The notes under the pieces are model-generated. The model made no database searches. It saw nothing but the letters and a program-made list of their open reading frames with translations, and was not told the origin of the DNA. The position numbers were made by a program, and so were the translations under genes. This document shows, one piece after another, positions 29,880-39,959 of a stretch of DNA of 64,000 nt. This stretch comes from a bacterium. GTDB taxonomy: Bacteria; Patescibacteriota; Minisyncoccia; UBA6257; GWB1-50-10. The stretch lies in NCBI GenBank assembly GCA_021814545.1, contig JAKAID010000001.1:41590-105589 (forward strand), in the 5' to 3' direction. Numbering within the stretch: the first letter of the stretch is position 1; each line of letters opens with the position of its first letter.

Positions 29880-30434
29880 ATGTCGAAAGTAGGAAAAAAA
29901 CCGATACTTATCCCGAGCGGCATCACCGTAGAGGTTGATACGCACAACGTGACGGTGAAGGACGCGAAGCGTCAGCTTGCGATACCGCGTTTGCGCGGCA
30001 TCGAAGTCGCGGTGAAGGGAAGCGAGGTGGTGCTTGAGGCGGAGGCGACCTCGAAGCAGGTCCGTAGCAATTGGGGCACGCTTCGTTCGCTCATCCAGAA
30101 CGCTATCGTCGGTCTTACCAAAGGCTACGAGAAAACGCTTTTGCTTGAGGGCGTCGGTTACAAAATCGCAAAGGAAGGGAACAATCTTTCCTTGAGCCTT
30201 GGTTTTTCTCATCCGGTGAAGTTTGCCGCGCCCGAGCACATCGTGTTCGAGGTAGAGAAGAACACTATTTTGAAAATTAAGGGATTCGACAAGGGACTCG
30301 TCGGGCAGGTAGCGGCCGAAATCCGCTCCCTCAAGAAGCCGGAGCCGTACAAGGGCAAGGGCTTCCGTTATTCCGATGAGGTCATCCAGCGCAAGGCCGG
30401 CAAGAAAGCAGCAACGGGCGCAGGAGCAGCATAA
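29880..30434 (+). CDS. rplF: 50S ribosomal protein L6
   Basis: [18 protein letters not shown]. Confidence 0.98.
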   Translation: MSKVGKKPILIPSGITVEVDTHNVTVKDAKRQLAIPRLRGIEVAVKGSEVVLEAEATSKQVRSNWGTLRSLIQNAIVGLTKGYEKTLLLEGVGYKIAKEGNNLSLSLGFSHPVKFAAPEHIVFEVEKNTILKIKGFDKGLVGQVAAEIRSLKKPEPYKGKGFRYSDEVIQRKAGKKAATGAGAA

Positions 30435-30448
30435 ACGACTTGGAACCT

Positions 30449-30802
30449 ATGAACACGCGAAAGAAATTAATGCAGGTACGCGGAAGGAGGGCGGCGCGCG
30501 TGCGCGCAACGGTGCGCGGCACGGCGGCGAGGCCTCGGCTTTCGGTATTCCGCAGCAATCGTTTTATGCTTGCGCAGCTTATCGATGACGTGGCAGGAAA
30601 GACGCTCGCTTCAGCAAATTCGAAGCAATTGAAGAAGAAGGATACGAAGACCGCAGGTGCGGCGTATGTGGGAAAGACCATCGCGGAGCGCGCGAAAGCT
30701 GCAGGTGTTACTGTAGTGGTGTTTGACCGCGGTTCCTACCGTTACCACGGCCGCGTAAGGGCGCTTGTCGAGGCGGCGCGCGAGGCAGGATTGAAGATAT
30801 AG
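30449..30802 (+). CDS. rplR: 50S ribosomal protein L18
   Basis: [21 protein letters not shown]. Confidence 0.97.
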   Translation: MNTRKKLMQVRGRRAARVRATVRGTAARPRLSVFRSNRFMLAQLIDDVAGKTLASANSKQLKKKDTKTAGAAYVGKTIAERAKAAGVTVVVFDRGSYRYHGRVRALVEAAREAGLKI

Positions 30803-30806
30803 ACCT

Positions 30807-31343
30807 ATGTTTAACCCAACTAACAAACCAGCAGGAGCACCGCATGCTCATGGAGCACATGGCGCGCCTCGCGGCCCGCGCAGGCCGTTCGTAAAGCGAG
30901 TAAGCGAGTTTAAGGAGCGTGTCATTGAAGTGCGTCGCGTGACGCGTGTCGTCGCGGGTGGTAAGCGTTTCAGCTTCCGTGCGACGGTCATTGTGGGCGA
31001 CATGAAGGGTCGCGTCGGCATCGGCGTGGCGAAAGGATTGGACTTTTCGGCAGCGGTGCAGAAGGCGCAGCGCCAGGCGGAGAGGAATGTTATCCGCGTC
31101 GAACTGAAAGACGGACGTACGGTGCCGTTCGAAGTTGAAGCGAAGTTCGATGCCGCGCGTGTGCGCATCAAGCCGGCGAAAAAGGGCCATGGTCTTATCG
31201 CAGGGGGTTCGCTCCGCACGGTGCTTGAACTTGTGGGTGTGAAAGATGTTTCCGCGAAGATACTTGGCCGCACGAAGAATAAGATCGCGAATGCGTGCGC
31301 GGGCATCGAAGCATTGAAGATGATCGGCGTAGCAAAGAAATAG
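30807..31343 (+). CDS. rpsE: 30S ribosomal protein S5
   Basis: RVVAGGKRFSF, GLIAGG. Confidence 0.97.
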   Translation: MFNPTNKPAGAPHAHGAHGAPRGPRRPFVKRVSEFKERVIEVRRVTRVVAGGKRFSFRATVIVGDMKGRVGIGVAKGLDFSAAVQKAQRQAERNVIRVELKDGRTVPFEVEAKFDAARVRIKPAKKGHGLIAGGSLRTVLELVGVKDVSAKILGRTKNKIANACAGIEALKMIGVAKK

Positions 31344-31350
31344 AGAATAT

Positions 31351-31773
31351 ATGTTGCTCAACGAATTACAACCGAAGCATGCGATACGAAGGAAGCAGAA
31401 ACGCGTAGGCCGCGGAGGCAAGCGCGGAACGACTGCGGGACGCGGCCAGAAGGGTCAGCGTGCGCGTTCTGGTCACAGGATACGCCCGGCGGAGCGCGAT
31501 CTTTTGATTCGCATTCCGAAGCTGCGCGGTGTAAAGAACTTGCGCAAGAGCCCCGAGGCGGTGGTATTGAATGTCGGTGAGCTCTCGCGCGTTTTCCCTG
31601 CAGGCATTATTGATAAGAAGGTGCTCATGGAGCTCGGCATTATCCGTTCGGCAGCTGTGCGGGTGAAGATACTCGGTGCCGGCGAGACGAAGAAGGCATT
31701 CACTGTATCGGGTGTTGAACTTTCTGCCGAGGCGCGCAAGAAGATAGAGGCCGCCGGCGGTTCGATCAAATAA
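31351..31773 (+). CDS. rplO: 50S ribosomal protein L15
   Basis: RVGRG..GRGQKGQ, KIEAAGG; no rpmD upstream. Confidence 0.95.
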   Translation: MLLNELQPKHAIRRKQKRVGRGGKRGTTAGRGQKGQRARSGHRIRPAERDLLIRIPKLRGVKNLRKSPEAVVLNVGELSRVFPAGIIDKKVLMELGIIRSAAVRVKILGAGETKKAFTVSGVELSAEARKKIEAAGGSIK

Positions 31774-31775
31774 CC

Positions 31776-33047
31776 ATGAACAAACTGCTCCTTATTTTTA
31801 AATCACCGGACCTTCGCAAAAAGGTTCTTATGGTGCTGGTTTGGCTTTTCGTGTTCCGTTTGTTCGCCGCCATCCCCATTCCCGGAATCGATGCATCGAA
31901 GCTTCAGCAGTTCCTGCAGTCGAACCAGCTGTTCGGCTTTTTGAACATTTTTTCGGGAGGCGGTCTTTCGCGCCTTTCCATTATGATGCTTGGCGTCGGT
32001 CCTTACATTACCGCCACTATCATCATGCAGCTCCTTACCATCATCTTTCCGAGCCTTAAGAAGGCATACTATGAAGAGGGTGCGGCGGGGCGCGCGAAGT
32101 TCAATCGTATTTCCCGTCTTATCGCGGTGCCGCTCGCCGCGCTTCAGGGCTATGGTTTTTTGAACCTCCTTGCGTCGCAGAACGTTATCGCGCATCTGCC
32201 GTTCTTCAGCCTCATTACGAATGTATTCATTATTACGGCGGGCGCCTTGTTCCTTATGTGGATAGGCGAAATCATTTCAGAGTATAAGATAGGCAACGGC
32301 GTATCGCTCATCATCTTTGCGGGTATCGTGAGTGCATTGCCGCAATCCATTGTGAGCGCGTTCGTTAACTACACGCCCGCCGTGCTTCCCACCTACATCG
32401 TGTTCACACTGCTCAGTATTCTCGTTATCGCGGCAGTCGTGTACGTGAACGAGGGTGAGCGGAAAATTCCCATTTCGTACGCGAAACAGGTGCGCGGCAC
32501 GAAGATGTACGGCGGCGCTTCGACCTATCTGCCGCTTAAGGTGAACCAGGCGGGTGTTATCCCCATCATTTTCGCCATTTCTATCTTGCTTTTCCCGCAG
32601 TTCATTGCGCAGGCTATTTCGGTCGTTTCACCGAGCGTTTCGCTCGCCATGAACGATTGGGTGACGAAGGTGTTCAACAATCAGCTTATCTACAGTATCA
32701 TTTATTTCTTCCTCGTTGTGGTCTTTACGTACTTCTACACTGCGGTGACCTTTGATCCGAAGGAAATCTCGAAGAATCTCCAGCAGAGCGGCGGCTTTAT
32801 TCCGGGCATTCGTCCTGGTCAGGCGACCGCGGATGTTATCGCAAAGACAGTGAACCGCACGACGCTTTTGGGCGCCATCTTCCTTGGATTCATCGCTATC
32901 CTGCCGAACATTACCCAGTATGTTACCGGTGTACAGGCGCTTCGCGTGGGTGGCACGGCGCTGCTCATCGTAGTCGCGGTAGCGCTTGAATCGATGAAGC
33001 AGATAGAATCGCAGCTCACGGTGCGCGAATACGAGAGCGCATACTAA
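31776..33047 (+). CDS. secY: preprotein translocase SecY
   Basis: GVGPYITA, GNGVSLIIF, GFIPGIRPG. Confidence 0.98.
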   Translation: MNKLLLIFKSPDLRKKVLMVLVWLFVFRLFAAIPIPGIDASKLQQFLQSNQLFGFLNIFSGGGLSRLSIMMLGVGPYITATIIMQLLTIIFPSLKKAYYEEGAAGRAKFNRISRLIAVPLAALQGYGFLNLLASQNVIAHLPFFSLITNVFIITAGALFLMWIGEIISEYKIGNGVSLIIFAGIVSALPQSIVSAFVNYTPAVLPTYIVFTLLSILVIAAVVYVNEGERKIPISYAKQVRGTKMYGGASTYLPLKVNQAGVIPIIFAISILLFPQFIAQAISVVSPSVSLAMNDWVTKVFNNQLIYSIIYFFLVVVFTYFYTAVTFDPKEISKNLQQSGGFIPGIRPGQATADVIAKTVNRTTLLGAIFLGFIAILPNITQYVTGVQALRVGGTALLIVVAVALESMKQIESQLTVREYESAY

Positions 33048-33062
33048 GATTACGTATATCGT

Positions 33063-33094
33063 GCAAAATCCCGCCTTGGTGGCGGGATTTTTGC
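33063..33094 (+). terminator. intrinsic terminator
   Basis: aaaatcccgcc/ggcgggatttt. Confidence 0.8.
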
Positions 33095-33114
33095 TATTGG
33101 CGTACAATTAGTGT

Positions 33115-33798
33115 ATGGCTAACGCGGTCATAATCTATGGGCCTCCAGGCTCAGGAAAGGGCACACAGGCCGAGCTTCTGGAGAGAAAATATGGCTACAT
33201 TCACTTCGATACCGGGCGTTTTATCGAAGGTCTTTTGAGGTCTCCGCAGGCGGAAACAGACCCCGTGCTCATGCGCGAGAAAAAGCTTTTCGATTCGGGT
33301 ATTCTCTGCACACCGTCATGGGTACTCTCGATAACGAAAGATGAAGCGACGCGTATTGCACGCTCAGGTTTCAGCATCGTATTCAGCGGTTCGCCGCGCA
33401 CGATGTACGAAGCGTTCGGCGATGAAAAGACCGGCGGCCTTCTTGCAACGCTCGTTGATATGTATAGGAAGGAGAATGTTTCCGTGGTGCAACTTGAGGT
33501 GCGCGACGAAACATCCATGAAGCGCAACAGCGGCAGGCTTGTGTGTTCGGTCTGCGGGCTGCCGAAGCTTGAGAGTGTGGCGCTGCCACATTGCCCTTTG
33601 TGTGCGGCTCCTATGCGCACGCGTTCGCTCGACAACCCCGAGGTCATCAAGGTTCGCCTGAAGGAGTATCGCGAACGAACCTATCCTATCGTAGAGGGGA
33701 TGAGAAAGGAGAATTTCAATATTATCACCGTTGATGGCGAGCCCCTGCCGTACAAAGTTTTTGAGAGTGTCACTAAAGGACTCAAGCTTACCAAATAA
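33115..33798 (+). CDS. adk: adenylate kinase family protein (Zn lid)
   Basis: GPPGSGKGT, SGSPRT, CxxC..CxxC lid; follows secY. Confidence 0.85.
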   Translation: MANAVIIYGPPGSGKGTQAELLERKYGYIHFDTGRFIEGLLRSPQAETDPVLMREKKLFDSGILCTPSWVLSITKDEATRIARSGFSIVFSGSPRTMYEAFGDEKTGGLLATLVDMYRKENVSVVQLEVRDETSMKRNSGRLVCSVCGLPKLESVALPHCPLCAAPMRTRSLDNPEVIKVRLKEYRERTYPIVEGMRKENFNIITVDGEPLPYKVFESVTKGLKLTK

Positions 33799-33800
33799 TT

Positions 33801-34562
33801 ATGGTGCGTTTAAAGGATACCAATGACATAAAACTCATGCGTGTTTCGGGCACTATTCTTGCTCGGACGCTCCGCGCGCTTGCCGCAATGGCGCAGGAGG
33901 GCGTAACGCTTTCTGCGCTCGATGCGCGCGCAAAGAAAATGATACGGGAGGCGGGGGCCGAGCCGACATTCTTGGGCTACACGCCCGAGGGCGCAGGAAA
34001 GGCATATCCTGCCGCTATTTGTGCTTCGGTTAACGAAACCATCGTGCATGGCATTCCAGGCAAGTACGCGCTGAAGGACGGCGATATTCTTTCAATAGAC
34101 CTCGGGGTGACCTATGAGGGGCGCATTACGGATGCGGCAGTCACAGTCGGCATCGGAAAGATTTCGGAGGAAGCCAAGGTGCTTATCTCCGTAACGAGGC
34201 GTGCGCTCGATGCGGCCATCAAGGAGTGCGTCTCCGGGAAGCACCTGGGCGACATCGGCTTTGCCGTCGAATCAGTCGCAAAAAAGGCGAAGCTCCATGT
34301 CATTCACGGCCTTACGGGTCACGGAGTCGGTTTCGAGCTTCATGAGGACCCGAGCGTGTATAATTATGGCACGCGTGGGGAGGGGATGAAGCTTGTGCCG
34401 GGATTGGTGCTCGCAATCGAGCCAATGTTCTCGACGGGGTCCGCATACGCTACCGTGAAGCGTGATGATAGTTTTGTGACCAAGGACGGGAGCTTGAGCG
34501 CGCATTTCGAGCACTCCGTGCTCATCACAGAATCGGGGCCCGAGGTTCTCACGAAAGAATAG
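33801..34562 (+). CDS. map: methionine aminopeptidase type I
   Basis: VHGIP, GHGVG..HEDP, AIEP, HFEH. Confidence 0.97.
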   Translation: MVRLKDTNDIKLMRVSGTILARTLRALAAMAQEGVTLSALDARAKKMIREAGAEPTFLGYTPEGAGKAYPAAICASVNETIVHGIPGKYALKDGDILSIDLGVTYEGRITDAAVTVGIGKISEEAKVLISVTRRALDAAIKECVSGKHLGDIGFAVESVAKKAKLHVIHGLTGHGVGFELHEDPSVYNYGTRGEGMKLVPGLVLAIEPMFSTGSAYATVKRDDSFVTKDGSLSAHFEHSVLITESGPEVLTKE

Positions 34563-34566
34563 TCAT

Positions 34567-37065
34567 ATGGCATCATTTTTTGCGAAATTATTTCCGAATA
34601 AAACATTGAGGCGTCTTGAGGGCGCAGTAGCACAGGTGAGCGCGCTTGAAGACGAGGCGAAGGGGCTTACTGATACCGAATTGCGCGAGCATTCCAACGA
34701 ACTGAAGGCTGCGGTGAGGGGTGCCGAGAACCCTGAGGCGGCGCTTGATAGTTCGCTCGCCCGCGCCTTTTCTTACGTGCGTGAGGCAAGCCGCAGGAAG
34801 CTCGGCCAGCGCCATTACGATGTGCAGCTCATCGGCGGCATGGTGCTCCATGAAGGCAAGATCGCGGAGATGTTAACGGGTGAGGGGAAGACGCTCACCG
34901 CGACTTCAGCCGTGTATTTGAACGCGCTCCTCGGAAAGGGAGTGCATGTGGTTACCGTGAACGACTATCTCGCGCGCCGCGATGCGGTGTGGATGGGCCA
35001 GGTGTATAACGCGCTTGGACTTTCCGTTTCCTGTATCATTCACGATGCCGCGTATGAGTATGATCCCTCCTACGAATCAACCGAGCTCGACAGAGAGCGT
35101 GATGCGGTAGGGAGCTTCCACGTAGTGGAAAAATTCCTCCGCCCCATCACGCGCACACAGGCGTATGCGTGCGATATTACCTATGGCACGAACCATGAGT
35201 TCGGATTTGATTTTCTTCGCGACAATCTTGCGTTGCGGCTTTCGGAGTGCGTGCAACGAGGCCATTACTTTGCCATTATTGACGAGGTGGACAGTATTCT
35301 TATCGACGAGGCGCGCACGCCGCTCATTATCGCGGCGCCCGATACCGAGTCGAGCGAGTACTATAAGACGTTCGCGCACATCGCCGAGCGGCTTCAGCCC
35401 GAAGAGGACTATACCGTGGATGAAAAGTTACGGGTGGTTTCTGTTACTGATGCCGGCATTGAGAAGGTGGAGAAGGCGCTCAATATCGCGAATCTTTTCG
35501 CGCCCGAAAATGCGCGCCTTGTGCACTTCCTCCACGAGAGCGTGAAGGCGAAGGCGCTGTTCCATAAGGACAAGGAATATCTCGTGAAGAATGGAGAAAT
35601 TTATATCGTTGATGAATTCACTGGCCGCGTGCTTATGGGCCGCCGCTATTCGGGCGGACTCCACCAGGCCATCGAGGCGAAGGAGCACGTGCACGTGCAG
35701 CAGGAGAACCGCACCTACGCGCAGGTGACTATTCAGAATTATTTCAGGCTGTATAAGAAAATCGCAGGCATGACCGGCACCGCACAGACGTCCGCGGAAG
35801 AATTCCATAAGGTGTATAACCTTGATGTGGTGAGCATTCCGCCGAATAGACCCATGGTGAGGAGGGACATGCCCGACTTCATCTACAAAACGAAGGAAGC
35901 GAAATACCGTGCCATTGCGGAGGATGTGAAGGAGCGTCACGCGAAGGGGCAGCCGGTACTCATCGGCACCACATCCATCGCGAATAACGAAATCGTGTCG
36001 CAATACTTATCGAACGCACACATTCCGCACGAGGTATTGAACGCAAAGAACAATGACCGCGAGGGCGCCATTATCGCGCAGGCGGGAAGGTCTGGTGCGG
36101 TCACCGTTGCGACGAACATGGCGGGTAGGGGTGTCGATATCATTTTAGGCGGCAATCCAAAGAACGAGGAAGACGCGGCGAAGGTGCTCGCTGCAGGGGG
36201 CCTCCATGTCGTGGGGAGCGAGCGGCACGAGGCGCGCCGCATCGATAATCAGCTTCGCGGCAGGGCGGGCAGGCAGGGCGACATCGGCTCCTCGCGTTTC
36301 TTCCTTTCGCTCGAAGATGACCTCATGCGTATCTTCGGCGGCGATAAGATAAAAAGCCTCATGCAGGCGATGAAGTTCCCCGAGGACATCCCAATAGAAT
36401 CCGCGATGGTTTCACGTTCCGTGAATCAGGCGCAGCAAAAAGTGGAGGGTAACAACTTTGATATCAGAAAGCACTTGCTCGAGTATGATGACGTGCTCAA
36501 TAAGCAGCGTACTGCGCTCTACACAAAGCGCACTGGATATTTGAAGGCGGGCGAGCAGGGTGAGATACTCCCGCGCGTGCGCGAGGTTCTTACGCATTTC
36601 GTAGAACTTATGGAACGCGAAGCGGAGGCTCAGGAATACTCCGAAGAACGCGCGAAGATGACAAGGGAAGCGCGCGAGAAACTTGCGGTGATACCGGCGG
36701 AAGTCGATGCGGCGCATTCGGTCATTTTGGCACAGCACGTGGTGCGCATCTTGGATACACTTTGGGTGGACCACCTCGAATATCTTGATTCCCTTCGCGA
36801 GTCGGTGAATATCCGCGCGTATGGGCAGCATGACCCGCTCGTTGAATACCGCAGGGAAGCGCATGCGCTTTTCCAGCGCTTGCTTGTGAACTTCGAGCAG
36901 TACGTCTTCAATTCGATATTTCCTATGTTTGAGCTCGATGTTTCAAAGCTCGCGCCCCAGGCGCCCAAGTCCGCGACGAAGCCCGCGAATATCCCCAAGC
37001 TTGGCCGCAACGACCCCTGCTATTGCGGCAGCGGGAAGAAGTATAAGAACTGCCACGGGAAATAA
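34567..37065 (+). CDS. secA: preprotein translocase SecA
   Basis: TGEGKT, DEVD, TNMAGRG, SEC-C GRNDPC. Confidence 0.98.
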   Translation: MASFFAKLFPNKTLRRLEGAVAQVSALEDEAKGLTDTELREHSNELKAAVRGAENPEAALDSSLARAFSYVREASRRKLGQRHYDVQLIGGMVLHEGKIAEMLTGEGKTLTATSAVYLNALLGKGVHVVTVNDYLARRDAVWMGQVYNALGLSVSCIIHDAAYEYDPSYESTELDRERDAVGSFHVVEKFLRPITRTQAYACDITYGTNHEFGFDFLRDNLALRLSECVQRGHYFAIIDEVDSILIDEARTPLIIAAPDTESSEYYKTFAHIAERLQPEEDYTVDEKLRVVSVTDAGIEKVEKALNIANLFAPENARLVHFLHESVKAKALFHKDKEYLVKNGEIYIVDEFTGRVLMGRRYSGGLHQAIEAKEHVHVQQENRTYAQVTIQNYFRLYKKIAGMTGTAQTSAEEFHKVYNLDVVSIPPNRPMVRRDMPDFIYKTKEAKYRAIAEDVKERHAKGQPVLIGTTSIANNEIVSQYLSNAHIPHEVLNAKNNDREGAIIAQAGRSGAVTVATNMAGRGVDIILGGNPKNEEDAAKVLAAGGLHVVGSERHEARRIDNQLRGRAGRQGDIGSSRFFLSLEDDLMRIFGGDKIKSLMQAMKFPEDIPIESAMVSRSVNQAQQKVEGNNFDIRKHLLEYDDVLNKQRTALYTKRTGYLKAGEQGEILPRVREVLTHFVELMEREAEAQEYSEERAKMTREAREKLAVIPAEVDAAHSVILAQHVVRILDTLWVDHLEYLDSLRESVNIRAYGQHDPLVEYRREAHALFQRLLVNFEQYVFNSIFPMFELDVSKLAPQAPKSATKPANIPKLGRNDPCYCGSGKKYKNCHGK

Positions 37066-37120
37066 ACGCACGTAAAGAAAAACCCCGCATTGCGCGGGGC
37101 TGTTCGTACGATGTGTTGCA

Positions 37121-37459
37121 TCAGTGTCCGGCTGTTCCCGGACAGGTGACTATGTGTCCTTCGGAGCGGCCGTGAGCACAGGAGAGGTCGCCGGGGCAGT
37201 AGACCTGATGGGCGGAACTGTTGCCGTGAGAGCACAACACGCCCGGCAGCGAAGCCTCTCTCTCCTTGCTGCGGATCTGCCACACGGTGCCGCCGCCCTT
37301 GCCGCCGATGCAGGCGACTTGGCCGTAGAGCGCGGAGAGGCTCTGTGAAACGCCGCTTGTATCGAAGCGAATGCGTCTCGCAATCTCGGTTGTAGTCGCT
37401 CTTCCACCGAGGTCCTCGAGTGCCTTCAGTATGATGCGCTGTCGTCTCTTGATTCCCAT
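37121..37459 (-). CDS. winged-HTH-like protein with two tandem C-x-H-x5-H-x3-C motifs
   Basis: ILKAL..TTTEIARRI..GVSQSLSAL; repeats CSHGNSSAHQVYCPG / CAHGRSEGHIVTCPG; SD GAAAGGA. Confidence 0.7.
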   Translation of the reverse strand: MGIKRRQRIILKALEDLGGRATTTEIARRIRFDTSGVSQSLSALYGQVACIGGKGGGTVWQIRSKEREASLPGVLCSHGNSSAHQVYCPGDLSCAHGRSEGHIVTCPGTAGH

Positions 37460-37564
37460 GTCCGTTCCTTTCGGTTTCGGGGTATACAGAGGGGCTAAGT
37501 TGCTTGATTCAGCCTATAATAAACGGATTAGTTTTGTCTATCGGAGAGGTGGTATACTTATCGA

Positions 37565-37909
37565 ATGACAGGAAAATTTGAAATATATGCTACGACGCCC
37601 GACAAGGCGAAAAAGCTCGCGGAAGAATTGAAGAATCGGGGTGTTGAGAATGTCGAGGTAAAGAGCGAGCTTGAGGCATGGGCAAAGGAGCAGGAGCATA
37701 AGGTAGAGGAGGGCGGAGGAACGCCGGAGCTTCGCATCGCGTTCGAAATTGACCGCGCAAGATTGTATGCGGCGGCCGATCGTTATGATGAGGCGCTTGA
37801 AACGCTCGAGTGGGCGCGCTACGCCGCCCTACAGGAGGGGAGGCTCGAGCTTGCGGCGATGGTAGACGAGGAAATCAATTCGATAATCGGGCTCACGCCC
37901 ACTGAGTAA
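37565..37909 (+). CDS. acidic helical hypothetical protein
   Basis: TGgTATACT 6 nt before ATG. Confidence 0.7.
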   Translation: MTGKFEIYATTPDKAKKLAEELKNRGVENVEVKSELEAWAKEQEHKVEEGGGTPELRIAFEIDRARLYAAADRYDEALETLEWARYAALQEGRLELAAMVDEEINSIIGLTPTE

Positions 37910-37915
37910 TTTTTC

Positions 37916-38407
37916 GTGAAGCAGCTTCAGGGGCGGGAAGAAAAAGAGGCGGTACGATGGATGAATGAGGCCGCACGCATTGCGCGCAGCGCGCTTTGTC
38001 TTCGCTCAAAATGCGGCACGGTTATCGTAAACGGTGGGGAGGTAATAGGGGTCGGGTACAACGCTCCGCCGCTTGATGACCTTGCTCACCGGAGCTGCCT
38101 TGAGGAACCGGTTTTTGCGCGCAAACAAAAATATGACAGGACGTGCTGCATGCACGCTGAGTGGCGCGCTATTACCGACGCGCTGAAACGGAGCGGCGCA
38201 AAAATTGCCGGCGCAAAATTATATTTCATCCGTATTAATGACGAAGGGAATATACAGCGATCGGGGGAGCCGTATTGCACGGTATGCAGCAGGCTCGCAC
38301 TCGATGCAGGCATCGGACACTTCTTGCTCTGGCACGAAGACGGCATTGCCGAATACGAGACGGGCGAATATCACGCGCTCTCGCGCACGCATTTAAACGA
38401 GACTTAG
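37916..38407 (+). CDS. dCMP deaminase-like zinc deaminase
   Basis: GYN, HAE, PYCTVC. Confidence 0.85.
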   Translation: MKQLQGREEKEAVRWMNEAARIARSALCLRSKCGTVIVNGGEVIGVGYNAPPLDDLAHRSCLEEPVFARKQKYDRTCCMHAEWRAITDALKRSGAKIAGAKLYFIRINDEGNIQRSGEPYCTVCSRLALDAGIGHFLLWHEDGIAEYETGEYHALSRTHLNET

Positions 38408-39180
38408 GCGTGCGCTTTAAGATAGCCGACTTTCGTGAGCCAGTCGGCATTTTCCCACTCCCAGAGTTTTTTAGCCCCAAGGAATGCCTCGAAATCGTGT
38501 TCCCAATGAGGGAATTCTTTGAGTTCTACATGGCCCTGCATTGCGCTCCAGTCATGTTGGCATGAGCGCTGGGCGGGATTGCCCCAGTCCGTTTTTATCT
38601 GGCGTTTGCCGCCCTTGCTGCGCAGGCGCGCGCCGCAGTAGAGGCAGGATTGGTTTTGGTCGATGCGGAGTATCCAACGCGTTTCAAGTCCCTTCATCTC
38701 ATCTTTCATCGCGGCGAGGTAGGCAGCGGTCTGAAGGTTATAGTCGCGGTAGATTGATTGGGAGGTTTTGATGTCCAGGATGCCGAGCTTGCCGCCAATC
38801 ATTGCGATCGCATCGAGCGTGCCTGCGTAACGGTGCTCATGGTTCGCGAGGCGGCGCTCTACGAACTCCGGGTCAACGTGAATTTTATTTTGTTTGATGA
38901 AGTCTTTGAACGCCCACACTGATGCCTCTATCTGCGGTGGAACGGGAGCGGCACGATTTAAAAAAATATTTTCAACCGCCTCATGCACCATCGTGCCCTC
39001 GGTCGCGGATTGTTGTTTCATGCGTTCGCCCTCGGCGAAGCTCGACATCTTGCCGTAGAACCGATAAAGGGCCGGCTTTGCCTTTATTTCCAAAATACGC
39101 GTGACGCGCGGATACCAGGCGCCGTCCACCTCGTAGCCGCAGCTCTCCATAAAATCTTCTTTTGTTTTAAATTCGTCCAT
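38404..39180 (-). CDS. PD-(D/E)XK nuclease (Cas4/exonuclease-like)
   Basis: GTMVH, YAGTLD, DIKTS, LQTAAY, Cys cluster. Confidence 0.8.
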   Translation of the reverse strand: MDEFKTKEDFMESCGYEVDGAWYPRVTRILEIKAKPALYRFYGKMSSFAEGERMKQQSATEGTMVHEAVENIFLNRAAPVPPQIEASVWAFKDFIKQNKIHVDPEFVERRLANHEHRYAGTLDAIAMIGGKLGILDIKTSQSIYRDYNLQTAAYLAAMKDEMKGLETRWILRIDQNQSCLYCGARLRSKGGKRQIKTDWGNPAQRSCQHDWSAMQGHVELKEFPHWEHDFEAFLGAKKLWEWENADWLTKVGYLKAHA

Positions 39181-39458
39181 ATAAAAGGAGTTAGGTGCGT
39201 TTATCATACCAGGGAGCGAGCCCAGACGGCAGATTGACCAAAGTTAGGGGGAGTGGTCAAAAACGATGCCGCGCGGGGCATATGCAGTGCAGGCAAAGCA
39301 AAAATAATTTTGTTCACAAAAAAATATCGCACCTTCTTGCGCGATATTTTTGCGCGGGAGAAATATTTTGAGTGTTTAATAGGAATTTTCGCGAGCGTCA
39401 ACATCTATGAGTGCGCGAGAGGGAGGGGCAGGTTTCACGGGTTCTTTAAGGATTGTAT

Positions 39459-39486
39459 ATGTCGCACAATATATCTTTTGCGACAG
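39459..39486. other. symmetric dif-like Xer site (candidate)
   Basis: ATGTCGCACAA-TATATC-TTTTGCGACAG (11-6-11) near the gene strand switch. Confidence 0.5.
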
Positions 39487-39544
39487 TGCAATATGACTGC
39501 GTATCGCACAACGGCTCTCCGGGACGCTTACGAAAAATTGGTTG

Positions 39545-39943
39545 CTAAAGGTAGTTCACGAGCCAGCGGATTCCCTGCGCAATGAGTTCAAATAATTTTT
39601 GCGCAAGTGCTGCCACCCCATCGATAAACCCCGGCGCGTTCGCAAGGTTCACGTTCTCGTTGTACCACTGCACAATTCTCTGCACTACGTCGCTTACTGA
39701 GGTATAGCTTACGGAATGCGATCGCAAAAAATCGTTCATGTAGGGGCCGCTCGTTATGAGCTCATATTTAGGCAGTTTTTCCTGGAGCTTATTGCTTATA
39801 TCGGTGAGGAATGCCCAAGCGTCGTTCAATGGCCCGGGAATCGCGCTATACGCGCCATTTGAGGGGTTTTGGGCATATACCATACTCGCGCTTATTGTGG
39901 CGCCTATAATTGCGCTTATTGCGAATAAACGCACCCTTTTCAT
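39545..39943 (-). CDS. exported hypothetical protein
   Basis: signal peptide; TGgTATAAT 6 nt before ATG. Confidence 0.7.
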   Translation of the reverse strand: MKRVRLFAISAIIGATISASMVYAQNPSNGAYSAIPGPLNDAWAFLTDISNKLQEKLPKYELITSGPYMNDFLRSHSVSYTSVSDVVQRIVQWYNENVNLANAPGFIDGVAALAQKLFELIAQGIRWLVNYL

Positions 39944-39959
39944 GCCTCTATTATACCAC

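Noticed and set aside
39253-39585. 110-aa + strand ORF
   Set aside because: Crosses an AT-rich palindrome and the dif-like site; no coding signature.
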